A stretch of DNA of 64,000 nucleotides from NCBI GenBank assembly GCA_963698975.1, contig CAVOSV010000001.1, positions 858,856 through 922,855 on the forward strand, written 5' to 3'. Every line of letters starts with the position of its first letter. Within the stretch, counting starts at the first letter, position 1. The notes beneath the pieces were generated by a model. The model did not search any database and was not told the origin of the DNA. It was given only the letters and a program-made list of their open reading frames with translations. This DNA is from an uncultured Gemmatimonadales bacterium (lineage in GTDB: Bacteria; Gemmatimonadota; Gemmatimonadetes; Gemmatimonadales; GWC2-71-9). A program made the position numbers and the translations under genes. This document shows, in pieces, positions 52,725-61,639 of this stretch.

Positions 52725-54278
52725 CTACGGGTGCGGAGACCCCCGCGTGCCAATCTGATACACGTAGTATTGCCCGGACCGAACCGACAACTTCAGGCTC
52801 AATCCTGGATCGGACCAGATCCAGCTGCCGCTCAGGTGGTTGTGCAGTTTGGCGCCACTCGGAGGATGGAATCCCAGCCGGGACAGGATTCGGAGCAGCT
52901 TGAGGTCGGCTGGATTATAGGTCCAACCGATGTACTCCCATGGACGCGCCTCGGCGGCAAGCCGTTCTCTGGAGCCCACGTAGCGATCCGCTCCAGCCCA
53001 CCATCGGTCAGCGGCAGGGAGCCCACCGTGATAACCACCGTGAGAGACACGGGAACCGGGGATTTCGCTGAGGCAGAGATCCACCCGGCTCATCGGCGAG
53101 CTGAAGCGGAGCAGGCTGTAGTCCGAAATCCAGGGAAGCAGATAGGTGGCGCCCGGGGTTTGAGCCTGGAGCCGGTGGAACAGCGACAGCAGTTGCCCTT
53201 GATTGACTTCATACGGCATCAGCGGAATGAGCAGAATGCGGTTGGTCAGAACTAAAGCCGCGAAGAGGCCGAGCCAGGCAAGGCGGTGCGCCGCAGGTCC
53301 CATCAGTCTCCCTGCCGCTCTCCGAAAGCCGACCGCGCTCAGAATGGCAAAGGGGATCAGAGCAGGCGCGTAGTAACGCGGCTCGTGCCCCGCGACAAAG
53401 GGCAATGCGGCGCATACCAGCCATACTGCCGCAATGCGTACTTCGGGTCGGGCTCGCTCGGCCCAGGCGAACGGAAGCACCAGCGCGAAAGTCTGCAGGA
53501 AGGTGGCAAGGGCAAAGGCGCGCTCCAGCGGCGGGTGGGTGGTGAGCACCTGGTGAACGCCGCCAAACACCCGCAGGGGATCGCCTCCCAGTGCCGCGAG
53601 CACAATGCCATAGACGGCGCCGACCACAACACCCGAAACGACCAACCGAGTCAGCAACTGGCGACGCTCAAACCGCGGCCGCTTCACCGCAAACAGCGCA
53701 ACACCGAGACCGGCGAATTCGACGATCGAAGTGACGCGGCAGAGTGCTCCGAGTGCCAGCAGGAGCGACGCCAGAGTCAGATCGATTCGAGCGCCGCGCC
53801 TGGATGCTGCGCTGAAGGAGCGCACGAATAACCAGCTGCCCAGAGTGACGAGGAACAGGCTGGGGATCTCGGAAAGAATCTTGAACGCGAGGTAGAGAGT
53901 GACCGGCGAGAACGCCAGCACCAGAGTGGACGGGCCGGCCTCCTCGCTGCCGAAAAGCTGCTGCAGCAGCTTATAGGAGGCCCAGAGATAGCCTACCAGC
54001 AACCCCGCATACAGCACCTCGATGCCATACAGCACTCGCTCGCCGGCTCCAAACAGTGTCGTGAGCACGCGGAGCAGCACCACATGCCCGATTTTCTCGG
54101 TGAAGAAACCGGGCGGGAAGATCACGGTCTGGAGCTCGTAGCGCAGCAGCTCGCCGGGCGAGTGGAGGAACGACGAATAGAGGTAGAAGTATTCGTCCCA
54201 GTGATGGGCGTTGCTCCAGCCGAGCAGTGCAAACAGTACCAGAGCGGTCGCGAGAGCAACTCGGTTTTGCCGGATCAC
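52725..54278 (-). CDS. Polytopic membrane GT-C fold glycosyltransferase (ArnT/PMT-like)
   Basis: HHWDEYFY acidic loop after TM1, ILSEIP, HEPRYYAP, more than 10 hydrophobic segments. Confidence 0.65.
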   Translation of the reverse strand: MIRQNRVALATALVLFALLGWSNAHHWDEYFYLYSSFLHSPGELLRYELQTVIFPPGFFTEKIGHVVLLRVLTTLFGAGERVLYGIEVLYAGLLVGYLWASYKLLQQLFGSEEAGPSTLVLAFSPVTLYLAFKILSEIPSLFLVTLGSWLFVRSFSAASRRGARIDLTLASLLLALGALCRVTSIVEFAGLGVALFAVKRPRFERRQLLTRLVVSGVVVGAVYGIVLAALGGDPLRVFGGVHQVLTTHPPLERAFALATFLQTFALVLPFAWAERARPEVRIAAVWLVCAALPFVAGHEPRYYAPALIPFAILSAVGFRRAAGRLMGPAAHRLAWLGLFAALVLTNRILLIPLMPYEVNQGQLLSLFHRLQAQTPGATYLLPWISDYSLLRFSSPMSRVDLCLSEIPGSRVSHGGYHGGLPAADRWWAGADRYVGSRERLAAEARPWEYIGWTYNPADLKLLRILSRLGFHPPSGAKLHNHLSGSWIWSDPGLSLKLSVRSGQYYVYQIGTRGSPHP

Positions 54279-54302
54279 ACCGCAACCCTGGTCAGCAGCT
54301 CG

Positions 54303-54782
54303 TCATCGGAGCGCCATACAGATTGCCACAGCACCTGCAATCGCAATTGCGTCCTCGATGAAGGCCGCGGGGTGATCGTTTCCGAAGGCGGCGGCGAGCC
54401 GGGCTCGGAAGGCGTGACCGCCCAGGGTTCCGACCACGGCGCCGGCAATTCCCGCGATGGCTCCGCCCAGCATGGTGCCGCCCGCAGTGCCTACCGCTGC
54501 GCCCGAGAGCGCTCCGGTGAGGATGCGGCCGCTGAAACCCAGCGGCGCCGTGCGGCTGGGCGTGGACGGCAGCTGATCGGCCACCAACTCCCCGACCGCG
54601 AGCAGGCTCAGGATCCAGGGCGTCCACTTCTGGCCGAGGAAGGCAAGCCAGGTACCGCTCAAATGGAGCCCCTCCAGATAGGATGCCCAGCTTACCGCGG
54701 CCGGCGCGGTCATGGTTCGCAGCCCGGCAACCACGCCGATAAGGAAGGCCAGCAGATACGCCAATGATGCCGTCTCGCGCAT
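54303..54782 (-). CDS. DUF4126-like membrane protein
   Basis: GVVAGLRTMTAPA, GELVADQLPSTPSRT, AAFIEDAIAI. Confidence 0.8.
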   Translation of the reverse strand: MRETASLAYLLAFLIGVVAGLRTMTAPAAVSWASYLEGLHLSGTWLAFLGQKWTPWILSLLAVGELVADQLPSTPSRTAPLGFSGRILTGALSGAAVGTAGGTMLGGAIAGIAGAVVGTLGGHAFRARLAAAFGNDHPAAFIEDAIAIAGAVAICMALR

Positions 54783-54918
54783 GCATCCCCCGAGTAGAAG
54801 GATTCCTGATGCCGGAAGAAAGCCGCTCCCTCAACATGAATCGCCGAGTCCTCGCGGTCGAGTGGCGGATGGCAGTCAGATGGAGGAGACGATAGGTTAG
54901 GCAGAGCCGGAGACAAAA

Positions 54919-56013
54919 GTGACCTGGAATCAGAATCGACTCACCGACATGCTTGGCATCGAGTACCCGATCGTGCAGGGTCCGCTCGGCGGGCTGTCGT
55001 CGCAGCGATTGACCGCGGCAGTGTCCAACTTCGGCGGACTGGGATCTTTCGGCGCCCTTTCCAAGACACCGCCAGAGATCAGAGACGTGATCGCGGAGAT
55101 TCGATCCCTGACATCCCGGCCCTTCGCAGTGAACCTGTGGGTCTCCATGGAAGACGAGGGCGCCCGCAGCTCGGACGAAGCCGCGTTCAACCGGTCACTG
55201 GCACCACTGATGAGTGACCTCACCGAACTTGGTGTCCCCCGGCCCGCGTACCGTCCCTATTCTCCCACCCGCTTCGAAGACCAGGCCCGGGTGCTAGTCG
55301 AAGCGAACGTCCCGATCTTCAGCTTCATCTTCGGGATCCCGCCTCGAGAGATCCTCGACGAATGCCGCGCCAGGGGCATCATCACGGTCGGGACCGCCAC
55401 CACGCCGGAGGAGGCGGTAGCGCTGGAGCAGGCCGGCGTGGATGCAATCGTGGCGTCCGGGTTCGAGGGCGGAGGGCACCGTGGCTCGTTTCTCCGTTCG
55501 GCTGAGGATTCACTTACCGGGACGATATCGCTGGTTCCCCAGGTGGCGGATCTGGTAGATGTGCCGGTGATCGCGGCCGGCGGTATCGCGGACGGCCGCG
55601 GCATCGTCGCCGCGCTCGCCCTCGGCGCGGATGGCGTCCAGATGGGGACGGTGTTCCTAGTCTGCCAGGAGTCCGGAGCAAGTGCGCTTCACAAGACGGC
55701 GCTGCTGGGACAGGAGGCGGGACATACCTCTCTCACCCGAGGATTCAGTGGAAGGCTCGCCCGCGGAATCAACAACCGGCTACTGGAGCAGCTCAGCCAG
55801 AGAGGAGCGGAGATCCTGCCCTATCCGCTGCAACGAGCGCTGGTTCGACATCTGGCGACGGCAGCAGAGGCCGCCGGACGTTCGGATCTGTTGCCGCTGT
55901 GGGCGGGACAGAGCGCGCCACTCCTCCGCTTCACCGATGTGAACCAGCTCCTGAGCTCGTTGGTCGAAGAGGTGTCCGAGGTGGTGGAGTCGGTCGCGCA
56001 GGCAGCTCGCTAA
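54919..56013 (+). CDS. Nitronate monooxygenase family FMN oxidoreductase
   Basis: YPIVQGPLGG, GFEGGGHRGSF, VIAAGGIADGRG, FSGRLARG, LWAGQ. Confidence 0.9.
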   Translation: MTWNQNRLTDMLGIEYPIVQGPLGGLSSQRLTAAVSNFGGLGSFGALSKTPPEIRDVIAEIRSLTSRPFAVNLWVSMEDEGARSSDEAAFNRSLAPLMSDLTELGVPRPAYRPYSPTRFEDQARVLVEANVPIFSFIFGIPPREILDECRARGIITVGTATTPEEAVALEQAGVDAIVASGFEGGGHRGSFLRSAEDSLTGTISLVPQVADLVDVPVIAAGGIADGRGIVAALALGADGVQMGTVFLVCQESGASALHKTALLGQEAGHTSLTRGFSGRLARGINNRLLEQLSQRGAEILPYPLQRALVRHLATAAEAAGRSDLLPLWAGQSAPLLRFTDVNQLLSSLVEEVSEVVESVAQAAR

Positions 56014-56110
56014 CTTGACTTGGGTGCTTGGCGGCGATTCTGAAGAGCCCGTCTGTCCTAGCGATCCATTCGAGTGATCGGAAGACCGTATCGAGGGACG
56101 TGAGGAATGG

Positions 56111-56539
56111 ATGAAGCCCCGAGTCACCCTGATCACGCTGGGCGTAGATGATCTACACCGCGCGCTGACCTTTTATCGAGACGGGCTCGGCTTTCCTACC
56201 AAGGGAATAGTCGGGACCGAGTTCGAGCACGGCGCCGTCGTCTTTATCGAGCTACAGCCGGGACTCAAGCTCGCCCTGTGGCCCCGAGCGGACCTGGCTT
56301 TGGACGCCGGTGTTCCCCAATCTCCGGCCAGTGCAACCGAACTGAGCCTGGGTCATAACGTGGGCAGCAAAGAGGAAGTCGACTCGGTGATGACGCAGGC
56401 CGAGAAGGCGGGAGCCAGAATAGTGAAGCCGGCGCACCAGACGTTCTGGGGCGGATATGCGGGATACTTTCAGGATCCGGACGGGCACCTGTGGGAGATC
56501 GCCTGGAATCCCAGCGCTACCGTACCGACAGCTCGATGA
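56111..56539 (+). CDS. VOC/glyoxalase family protein
   Basis: ITLGVDDL...FYRDGLG, FWGGYAGYFQDPDGHLWEIAWNP. Confidence 0.92.
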   Translation: MKPRVTLITLGVDDLHRALTFYRDGLGFPTKGIVGTEFEHGAVVFIELQPGLKLALWPRADLALDAGVPQSPASATELSLGHNVGSKEEVDSVMTQAEKAGARIVKPAHQTFWGGYAGYFQDPDGHLWEIAWNPSATVPTAR

Positions 56540-58658
56540 CAGCCGCACGCCAAACCGCGGGAAGCCGTAGCCGAAGGCCATCAGTGGTGAGCGCTGCTCC
56601 GGTGATGGGTGCGAGCCGGTGCCCATCCACCGCGACATCGTACGTCGCATGAGGCAGGAGTCCCCGGAGCCTCAAGGTCGTAGCCGCTGAGCTCCGGGCC
56701 AGACGATACGCCAGCAGCACCGCGTGACGCCCCTCCGGCTGGACATACTGCAGCGCGGCCCATCCGGTAGGCGCGTTTCGCCGAGGTGCCGGCGTGAGAT
56801 GGTAAACATCCGCACCCGCGATGGTCCCGCGAATCCGCCGGTAGAGCGCGACATTGTCCGCCACGTGTTTTCGTACCGCGGTGCTCCACTCCGGGATCCG
56901 TCCCGAGATCCCGAATTGTCCGTTCATCGGAACTCGCAGCATGAAGTCCCACCATCCCGGCGAATTGGCCGGATTGACCACCCCGCTGTCCGCATCGCCC
57001 ACCATCCAGTGGTTGCAGATCTCGGGCGCGAACTGCAGCGTGCAGCCGTAGCCCAGCGCGACTGACGCAATCGGATCCACCACGTCGGATAACCAGGCAG
57101 TATGGGTGTGCGCCATGACGCCGAGGTCGAGTCTGAGTCCGCCGCTGGAGCAGTTCTCCAGCACCAGGTCGGGATGCGCGGCGCGGACGCTGTCGAGCCA
57201 GGCATAGTACGCAATAAGATGATCGTGGAGCCGGCGACCGGTTTGTCCGCTCCGAGCCGGATCGAACCGGTCGCCCACATCGATGTTGTAGTCGATCTTG
57301 ATCCAGTCGAGCCGATACCGGCTCACCAGCCGCTCGACGGTGGCGGTGGCCCACTGCCGCACGGCCGCCTGGGCGAAGTCCAGCTGGCAGCGATTGGCCG
57401 TGATCCAGGGCTTTCCCTCATACGGCAGGCACCACTCGGGATGTTCGTGGAAGAGACGGGACTCGGTTCCGGCGTTCTCGATCTCCACCCAGAGCCCGAA
57501 CTTCATACCCTTCTGGTGAACGTGATCGGCGAGCTCCTCGAGACCGCGGGGGAATTTGCGGGGATCGGGCTCGTAGTCGCCCAGGGTTCGCTCCCAGTCG
57601 CCGCTGCCGTACCAACCGGAGTCCAGCACGTACACCTCAGCACCGGCCACCGCCGCTGCATCGGCCGCCTGGATCGTGTTGGTGATATCGACCTTGGGCC
57701 CGAGCGGAAACCAGGTATTGAACTGCACCAGCGGCAACTGATTGGTCTTCACCCGGGGCACCAGGTAGCTCCGTTGGTAGCGATGCATCTGGTTGGCGGC
57801 GTCATCCAGGTCGCCCGCCGTCGCGGTGAAGACGGCGCGCGGCAGGGTAATCGTGTCGCCCGGCGCCAGAGTCAGCACTCCGCCGAAGTCGTTATGCATG
57901 CCGAGTGAAACCAGCACCGCCTGGTCCCGGAGCGGGGCTGCCCCCGTGCCGGGCTGACGCTCGGCCTCCATCCACCAGTTCCCCGACCAGGCAAGCTCGG
58001 CGATGTACTCGACGCCCAGCGTTCGATTGCGGAGTGAAAGCCAAGGCACGTAGCCGTTGCTCGAACGGCCCCGGGTCTGCTCGAAGCGCCGAGCTCCGGC
58101 GGCGAGCGTCTCCGTCGCGAGCTGCCGCTCCTGTCCCCAGCTACCCCAGAGATAGCGCAGGGTGTAGTCGCCGCCGGGAAGCTCCCAGCTGATACTGGGC
58201 AGCCGCGCGACCGGCAGCGGACTGCTGCCTTCATTAGTAAGCCGGATCTCACGGGAGAACACTCCGGTTTCTCCCCATGCGGCGTACCGCAGGTCCAGCT
58301 GCAGAGGGAGGCTTGCGTGGACGAAATGGAGCCGGAGCTCGGTCACGCCGGGTGCTACCAAGACGGTGGAATCGGAGATCAGCCGAAGAGATGTGGGCGC
58401 GAGCGACTGATCGGCCGCGACGCCGGTCAGGTCAGAGCGTGTCTGCTGCGCCGTGTCCGGCGCTCCGCCCATCCGCGAGGTCGGGCCGAAGTAGTCAAAC
58501 GCGACCTGCTGGCCCCGGCGTACCAGGCGATAGGAGACGGGGCCGGACGTGAGGGTCCAGCTCTCTGCCGCCGAGTCGTAGGCAATGCGCTGGGCGGACG
58601 CTGACGTCGAGCAGACCGTTGTAGCGAGCAGCCCAGCCAGGAGCCGGTGAAGAGCCAT
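56517..58658 (-). CDS. Secreted GH36 alpha-galactosidase
   Basis: Signal ASA-Q; FNTW, VLDSGWY, KFGLWVEIE, WIKIDYN, ENCSSGGLR, WLSD. Confidence 0.88.
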   Translation of the reverse strand: MALHRLLAGLLATTVCSTSASAQRIAYDSAAESWTLTSGPVSYRLVRRGQQVAFDYFGPTSRMGGAPDTAQQTRSDLTGVAADQSLAPTSLRLISDSTVLVAPGVTELRLHFVHASLPLQLDLRYAAWGETGVFSREIRLTNEGSSPLPVARLPSISWELPGGDYTLRYLWGSWGQERQLATETLAAGARRFEQTRGRSSNGYVPWLSLRNRTLGVEYIAELAWSGNWWMEAERQPGTGAAPLRDQAVLVSLGMHNDFGGVLTLAPGDTITLPRAVFTATAGDLDDAANQMHRYQRSYLVPRVKTNQLPLVQFNTWFPLGPKVDITNTIQAADAAAVAGAEVYVLDSGWYGSGDWERTLGDYEPDPRKFPRGLEELADHVHQKGMKFGLWVEIENAGTESRLFHEHPEWCLPYEGKPWITANRCQLDFAQAAVRQWATATVERLVSRYRLDWIKIDYNIDVGDRFDPARSGQTGRRLHDHLIAYYAWLDSVRAAHPDLVLENCSSGGLRLDLGVMAHTHTAWLSDVVDPIASVALGYGCTLQFAPEICNHWMVGDADSGVVNPANSPGWWDFMLRVPMNGQFGISGRIPEWSTAVRKHVADNVALYRRIRGTIAGADVYHLTPAPRRNAPTGWAALQYVQPEGRHAVLLAYRLARSSAATTLRLRGLLPHATYDVAVDGHRLAPITGAALTTDGLRLRLPAVWRAAVIELSVR

Positions 58659-58729
58659 TCGCCAATTTATCCGAGTTGACCCGCAGCAACGACGGGCTCT
58701 AGTTTTTGCAACCCTGCCCCGGACCTTGC

Positions 58730-59125
58730 GTGCCTCTGCTCAGTCGCTGGTTCATCCGCACCGCTCTGCTCTATCTACTGCTTTCGTTTACCGTCAGTCT
58801 GGCGCAGGCACTGGTTCCTTCCGGAACGGCACTGGCATGGCCGACCTACCTCCACCTGCTGGTGGTGGGGTGGCTCACCCAGCTGATCTTTGGCGTGGCG
58901 TACTGGATGTTCCCCCGGTACCAAGCGGGACTGGGCTTCCCTTTCGAGCGGCTGGGCTGGATCTGTTATGGCTGCCTGAATGCGGGATTACTCCTGCGAG
59001 TCGCCGCCGAATCGGGACCGGAAAGCTCCTGGCGGTCGGAGTTGTTCGTCGTCTCCGCCCTGTTGCAACTGATCGCAGGTTGGGCGTTCGTCGTCGCCAC
59101 CTGGCCCCGGGTGAGAGGACGTTAG
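58730..59125 (+). CDS. 4-TM heme-copper-oxidase-unit-like membrane protein A
   Basis: WFIRTALLYL, TYLHLLVVGWLTQLIFGVAYWMFP, LNAGLLLR. Confidence 0.7.
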   Translation: MPLLSRWFIRTALLYLLLSFTVSLAQALVPSGTALAWPTYLHLLVVGWLTQLIFGVAYWMFPRYQAGLGFPFERLGWICYGCLNAGLLLRVAAESGPESSWRSELFVVSALLQLIAGWAFVVATWPRVRGR

Positions 59126-59129
59126 CAGC

Positions 59130-59549
59130 GTGCCGACGCTGACGGTCTACGCTCTCCGCACAGCGCTCTCCTATCTCGGCATAGGCTTCACCCTCGGCGC
59201 TCTCATGCTCGGGGCCCGTGGCCTGAGCGCCTCGTCGGAGCTCCTCCGGCTCCGGCCCCTGCACCTCGAACTGCTGCTAATAGGTTGGACGGTTCAGCTG
59301 GCGTTCGGCGTGGCCTTCTGGATTCTCCCCCGGCAGTCGGGTCTGGGCCGCGGGAACGAGCGCCTGGCCTGGGGTTCGCTGCTGCTCCTGAACCTTGGGG
59401 TGTTAACCGTCGGCCTGGGCCGCGTGCTCGGTGCATCTCCCAACGTTCTCATCGGAGGCCGCGCCGCCGAGCTGCTGGCGGGACTGGCCTTTGCCGGGCA
59501 CGCCTGGCCCAGAGCCAGGCTGTATTCTGCCAGGAATTCATCATCCTAG
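59130..59549 (+). CDS. 4-TM heme-copper-oxidase-unit-like membrane protein B
   Basis: ALRTALSYL, LHLELLLIGWTVQLAFGVAFWILP, LNLGVL; paralog of the upstream gene. Confidence 0.7.
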   Translation: MPTLTVYALRTALSYLGIGFTLGALMLGARGLSASSELLRLRPLHLELLLIGWTVQLAFGVAFWILPRQSGLGRGNERLAWGSLLLLNLGVLTVGLGRVLGASPNVLIGGRAAELLAGLAFAGHAWPRARLYSARNSSS

Positions 59550-59575
59550 CGTCTGGGCCGCAGCCGGGCCGGCGG

Positions 59576-60673
59576 TTAATGACCGGCCGCTGGTGGTCCC
59601 CCCGCCTTCTGTCCCGGGGCCAGTGCTCGCAGCACGCCTACCGCGCCCTTGGTAGCGTCGTTGAAGGCGTGAGTCACAAAGGGGTAGTCACCTGCCTCCC
59701 GCAGCCGCAGCTCGAAGATGCTGCCACCACCGACCGGAACGTTCACGGTCTGAACCCCGGCCAGTGGGCTGGTTTGTGATCCGTCCTGGAACACCCGATC
59801 GAAGATCCCGCCTACCACGTGGAATGAGCTGATCCGGTTGGGCCCTGCGTTCACCACGTAGAACCGCAGCAGCTCTCCAGGACGGACGTCGATTGGGTGG
59901 GAGGCATATTGATTGGCTCGCCCGTTGAACACCACATGATCCGGCGCCAGAGAGAGCAGCCGTTCCCAGTCCAGACTGTGGGCGCTATCGGCCGCCGCTT
60001 TGGGTGTCAGGTAGAACTCGCTTTGGACGAGCACGAACTCCCGGGCTCTGGGACGAGGTTTCGCCGGGTCCACTACGATGGCGCCATACATGCCATTGGC
60101 GATGTGCATCGCGGCCGGTGCGGTGCCGCAATGATACATGAAGGCGCCGGGAACCCGGGCGACGAAACTGTAATGCAGAGAGTCGTTCGGCAGCACATTG
60201 ACGTAGTACTTGCTGGGAGCGATTTCCGCGGCGTGAAAATCCATGCTGTGCGGAATGTTTGCCCGGTTGATTAGAGTGAAATCAACCGTGTCGCCCTGAC
60301 GAATGTGGATCGGTGGCCCGGGAACCCTGCCGCCGAAGGTCCACGCGGCGAAGCTGACGCCGGGAGCAATAACAACCGGGGTATGGCTGATCTCCAGGCG
60401 GATTCGATGCCGTCTGCTCGGCTCAGCCGGCGTCAGGCCCGCTGCCACCGGCGCCGGTTCGGCGGCGGGTCCGCCGATCTTCGCCTCACCATGAGACACG
60501 TCGGCCGGAGGCACCGAGTCTGGCTGTTCCTGAGGACTGGTAGTCGCTTGTTCATGCTGGTCCGAGTCCCCTCCGCCACGGGTACTCTCGGTAGAGCGGA
60601 CGGGCGTGGAGTCGCGGCATCCAGTCAGAGCCAGACTGAGGCCGCAGGCGAGTAGCCAGAAACTCCGAGACAT
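59576..60673 (-). CDS. nirK: Copper-containing nitrite reductase, AniA-like lipoprotein
   Basis: LTGC lipobox; PHSMDFH (T1 His, catalytic Asp, T2 His), YHC...HIANGM, SSFHVVG (catalytic His), FVTH. Confidence 0.85.
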   Translation of the reverse strand: MSRSFWLLACGLSLALTGCRDSTPVRSTESTRGGGDSDQHEQATTSPQEQPDSVPPADVSHGEAKIGGPAAEPAPVAAGLTPAEPSRRHRIRLEISHTPVVIAPGVSFAAWTFGGRVPGPPIHIRQGDTVDFTLINRANIPHSMDFHAAEIAPSKYYVNVLPNDSLHYSFVARVPGAFMYHCGTAPAAMHIANGMYGAIVVDPAKPRPRAREFVLVQSEFYLTPKAAADSAHSLDWERLLSLAPDHVVFNGRANQYASHPIDVRPGELLRFYVVNAGPNRISSFHVVGGIFDRVFQDGSQTSPLAGVQTVNVPVGGGSIFELRLREAGDYPFVTHAFNDATKGAVGVLRALAPGQKAGGPPAAGH

Positions 60674-60715
60674 GAAAAACTCCTGTGTGAAGAACTGAAG
60701 AGGGCGAACCCAGGC

Positions 60716-61570
60716 TCACAGCGGCACTGTCAGCACCGCGCAGGGTGCAGCGTGCCCCAGTTGTTGCGCCGTGCTGCTGCTCTGGACCAGCCAGGAGGGG
60801 CCGCCCCGATGCTGGCCGAGGACCAGCATATCGTGGCCTCCGGACTCGATCTCCTCCAGAATTCTAGTGGAAATGGCCCCCCCGCGAATTCGGACGTCGA
60901 CCTCCTCACATCCCGCGGCGGCGGCCATGCTCCTGACCCGCGACTCGAGGGCGAGGCTGCGAGTGAGCGGAAGCGAGGTCGATCCCGGCTCCTCCACCAT
61001 GCGGGGCTCGACGCTGACGACAGCGAGGGCTGCGCCGAGCACCCTGGCAAATGCGCAGGCCGGACCGAGCACGCTCATACCCCGGTCCGACCCGTCCAGC
61101 GCCACGAGCACCCTGCTGAGCCCACTGCCCTGGGCGGGAACCAGCAGGGTAGGCACCCTGCTCCTCCGGGTCACCGCGTCTCCGGTGTCGCCCAGCAACA
61201 GTCTGGCCCGCTCGGGATGCTCCTTGCGGCCCACTACGATCAGATCGGCGGACCAGTCTTCGGCAAATCGGCAGATCTCGATTCCGGGAACACCATACGC
61301 GACACTCAGCTCGGGCGGAGCATCGGGCCGCGCTGGAGAATCACCGCTCCGGAGCCAGCGGCGCACACGGAGCTCCGATGACCCCTGCTCGTCAAGAAAA
61401 TGATCGCTCTCGCCGACGTAGCCTCCGGTAACGGTTCGCACCGGGGCGGCGACCACATGGAGCAGTGAGAGGGCGGCATTGGAGCGCGCCGCGATGCTGA
61501 ACGCCGCTCTGACTGCCTTCTGTCCCGCGGGCGAGTCATCAGCCGCCGCGAGGATTCGATCGAGCTTCAT
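60716..61570 (-). CDS. Tandem-domain universal stress protein
   Basis: RILAAADDS...ADLIVVGR...LLGDTG; second unit RVLVALDGS...STAQQLGHAAPCAVLTV. Confidence 0.9.
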   Translation of the reverse strand: MKLDRILAAADDSPAGQKAVRAAFSIAARSNAALSLLHVVAAPVRTVTGGYVGESDHFLDEQGSSELRVRRWLRSGDSPARPDAPPELSVAYGVPGIEICRFAEDWSADLIVVGRKEHPERARLLLGDTGDAVTRRSRVPTLLVPAQGSGLSRVLVALDGSDRGMSVLGPACAFARVLGAALAVVSVEPRMVEEPGSTSLPLTRSLALESRVRSMAAAAGCEEVDVRIRGGAISTRILEEIESGGHDMLVLGQHRGGPSWLVQSSSTAQQLGHAAPCAVLTVPL

Positions 61571-61591
61571 GACTGAACCCTACCCTCCGCC

Positions 61592-61609
61592 GATGAAGAA
61601 AGGATGAAG
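61592..61609 (-). promoter_or_regulatory. Putative OmpR-family direct-repeat box upstream of usp
   Basis: GATGAAG-AAAG-GATGAAG, 11-bp period (CTTCATC x2 on the minus strand). Confidence 0.45.
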
Positions 61610-61639
61610 CGGAGAGGAAAGACTGGTAATATTTAGCCC

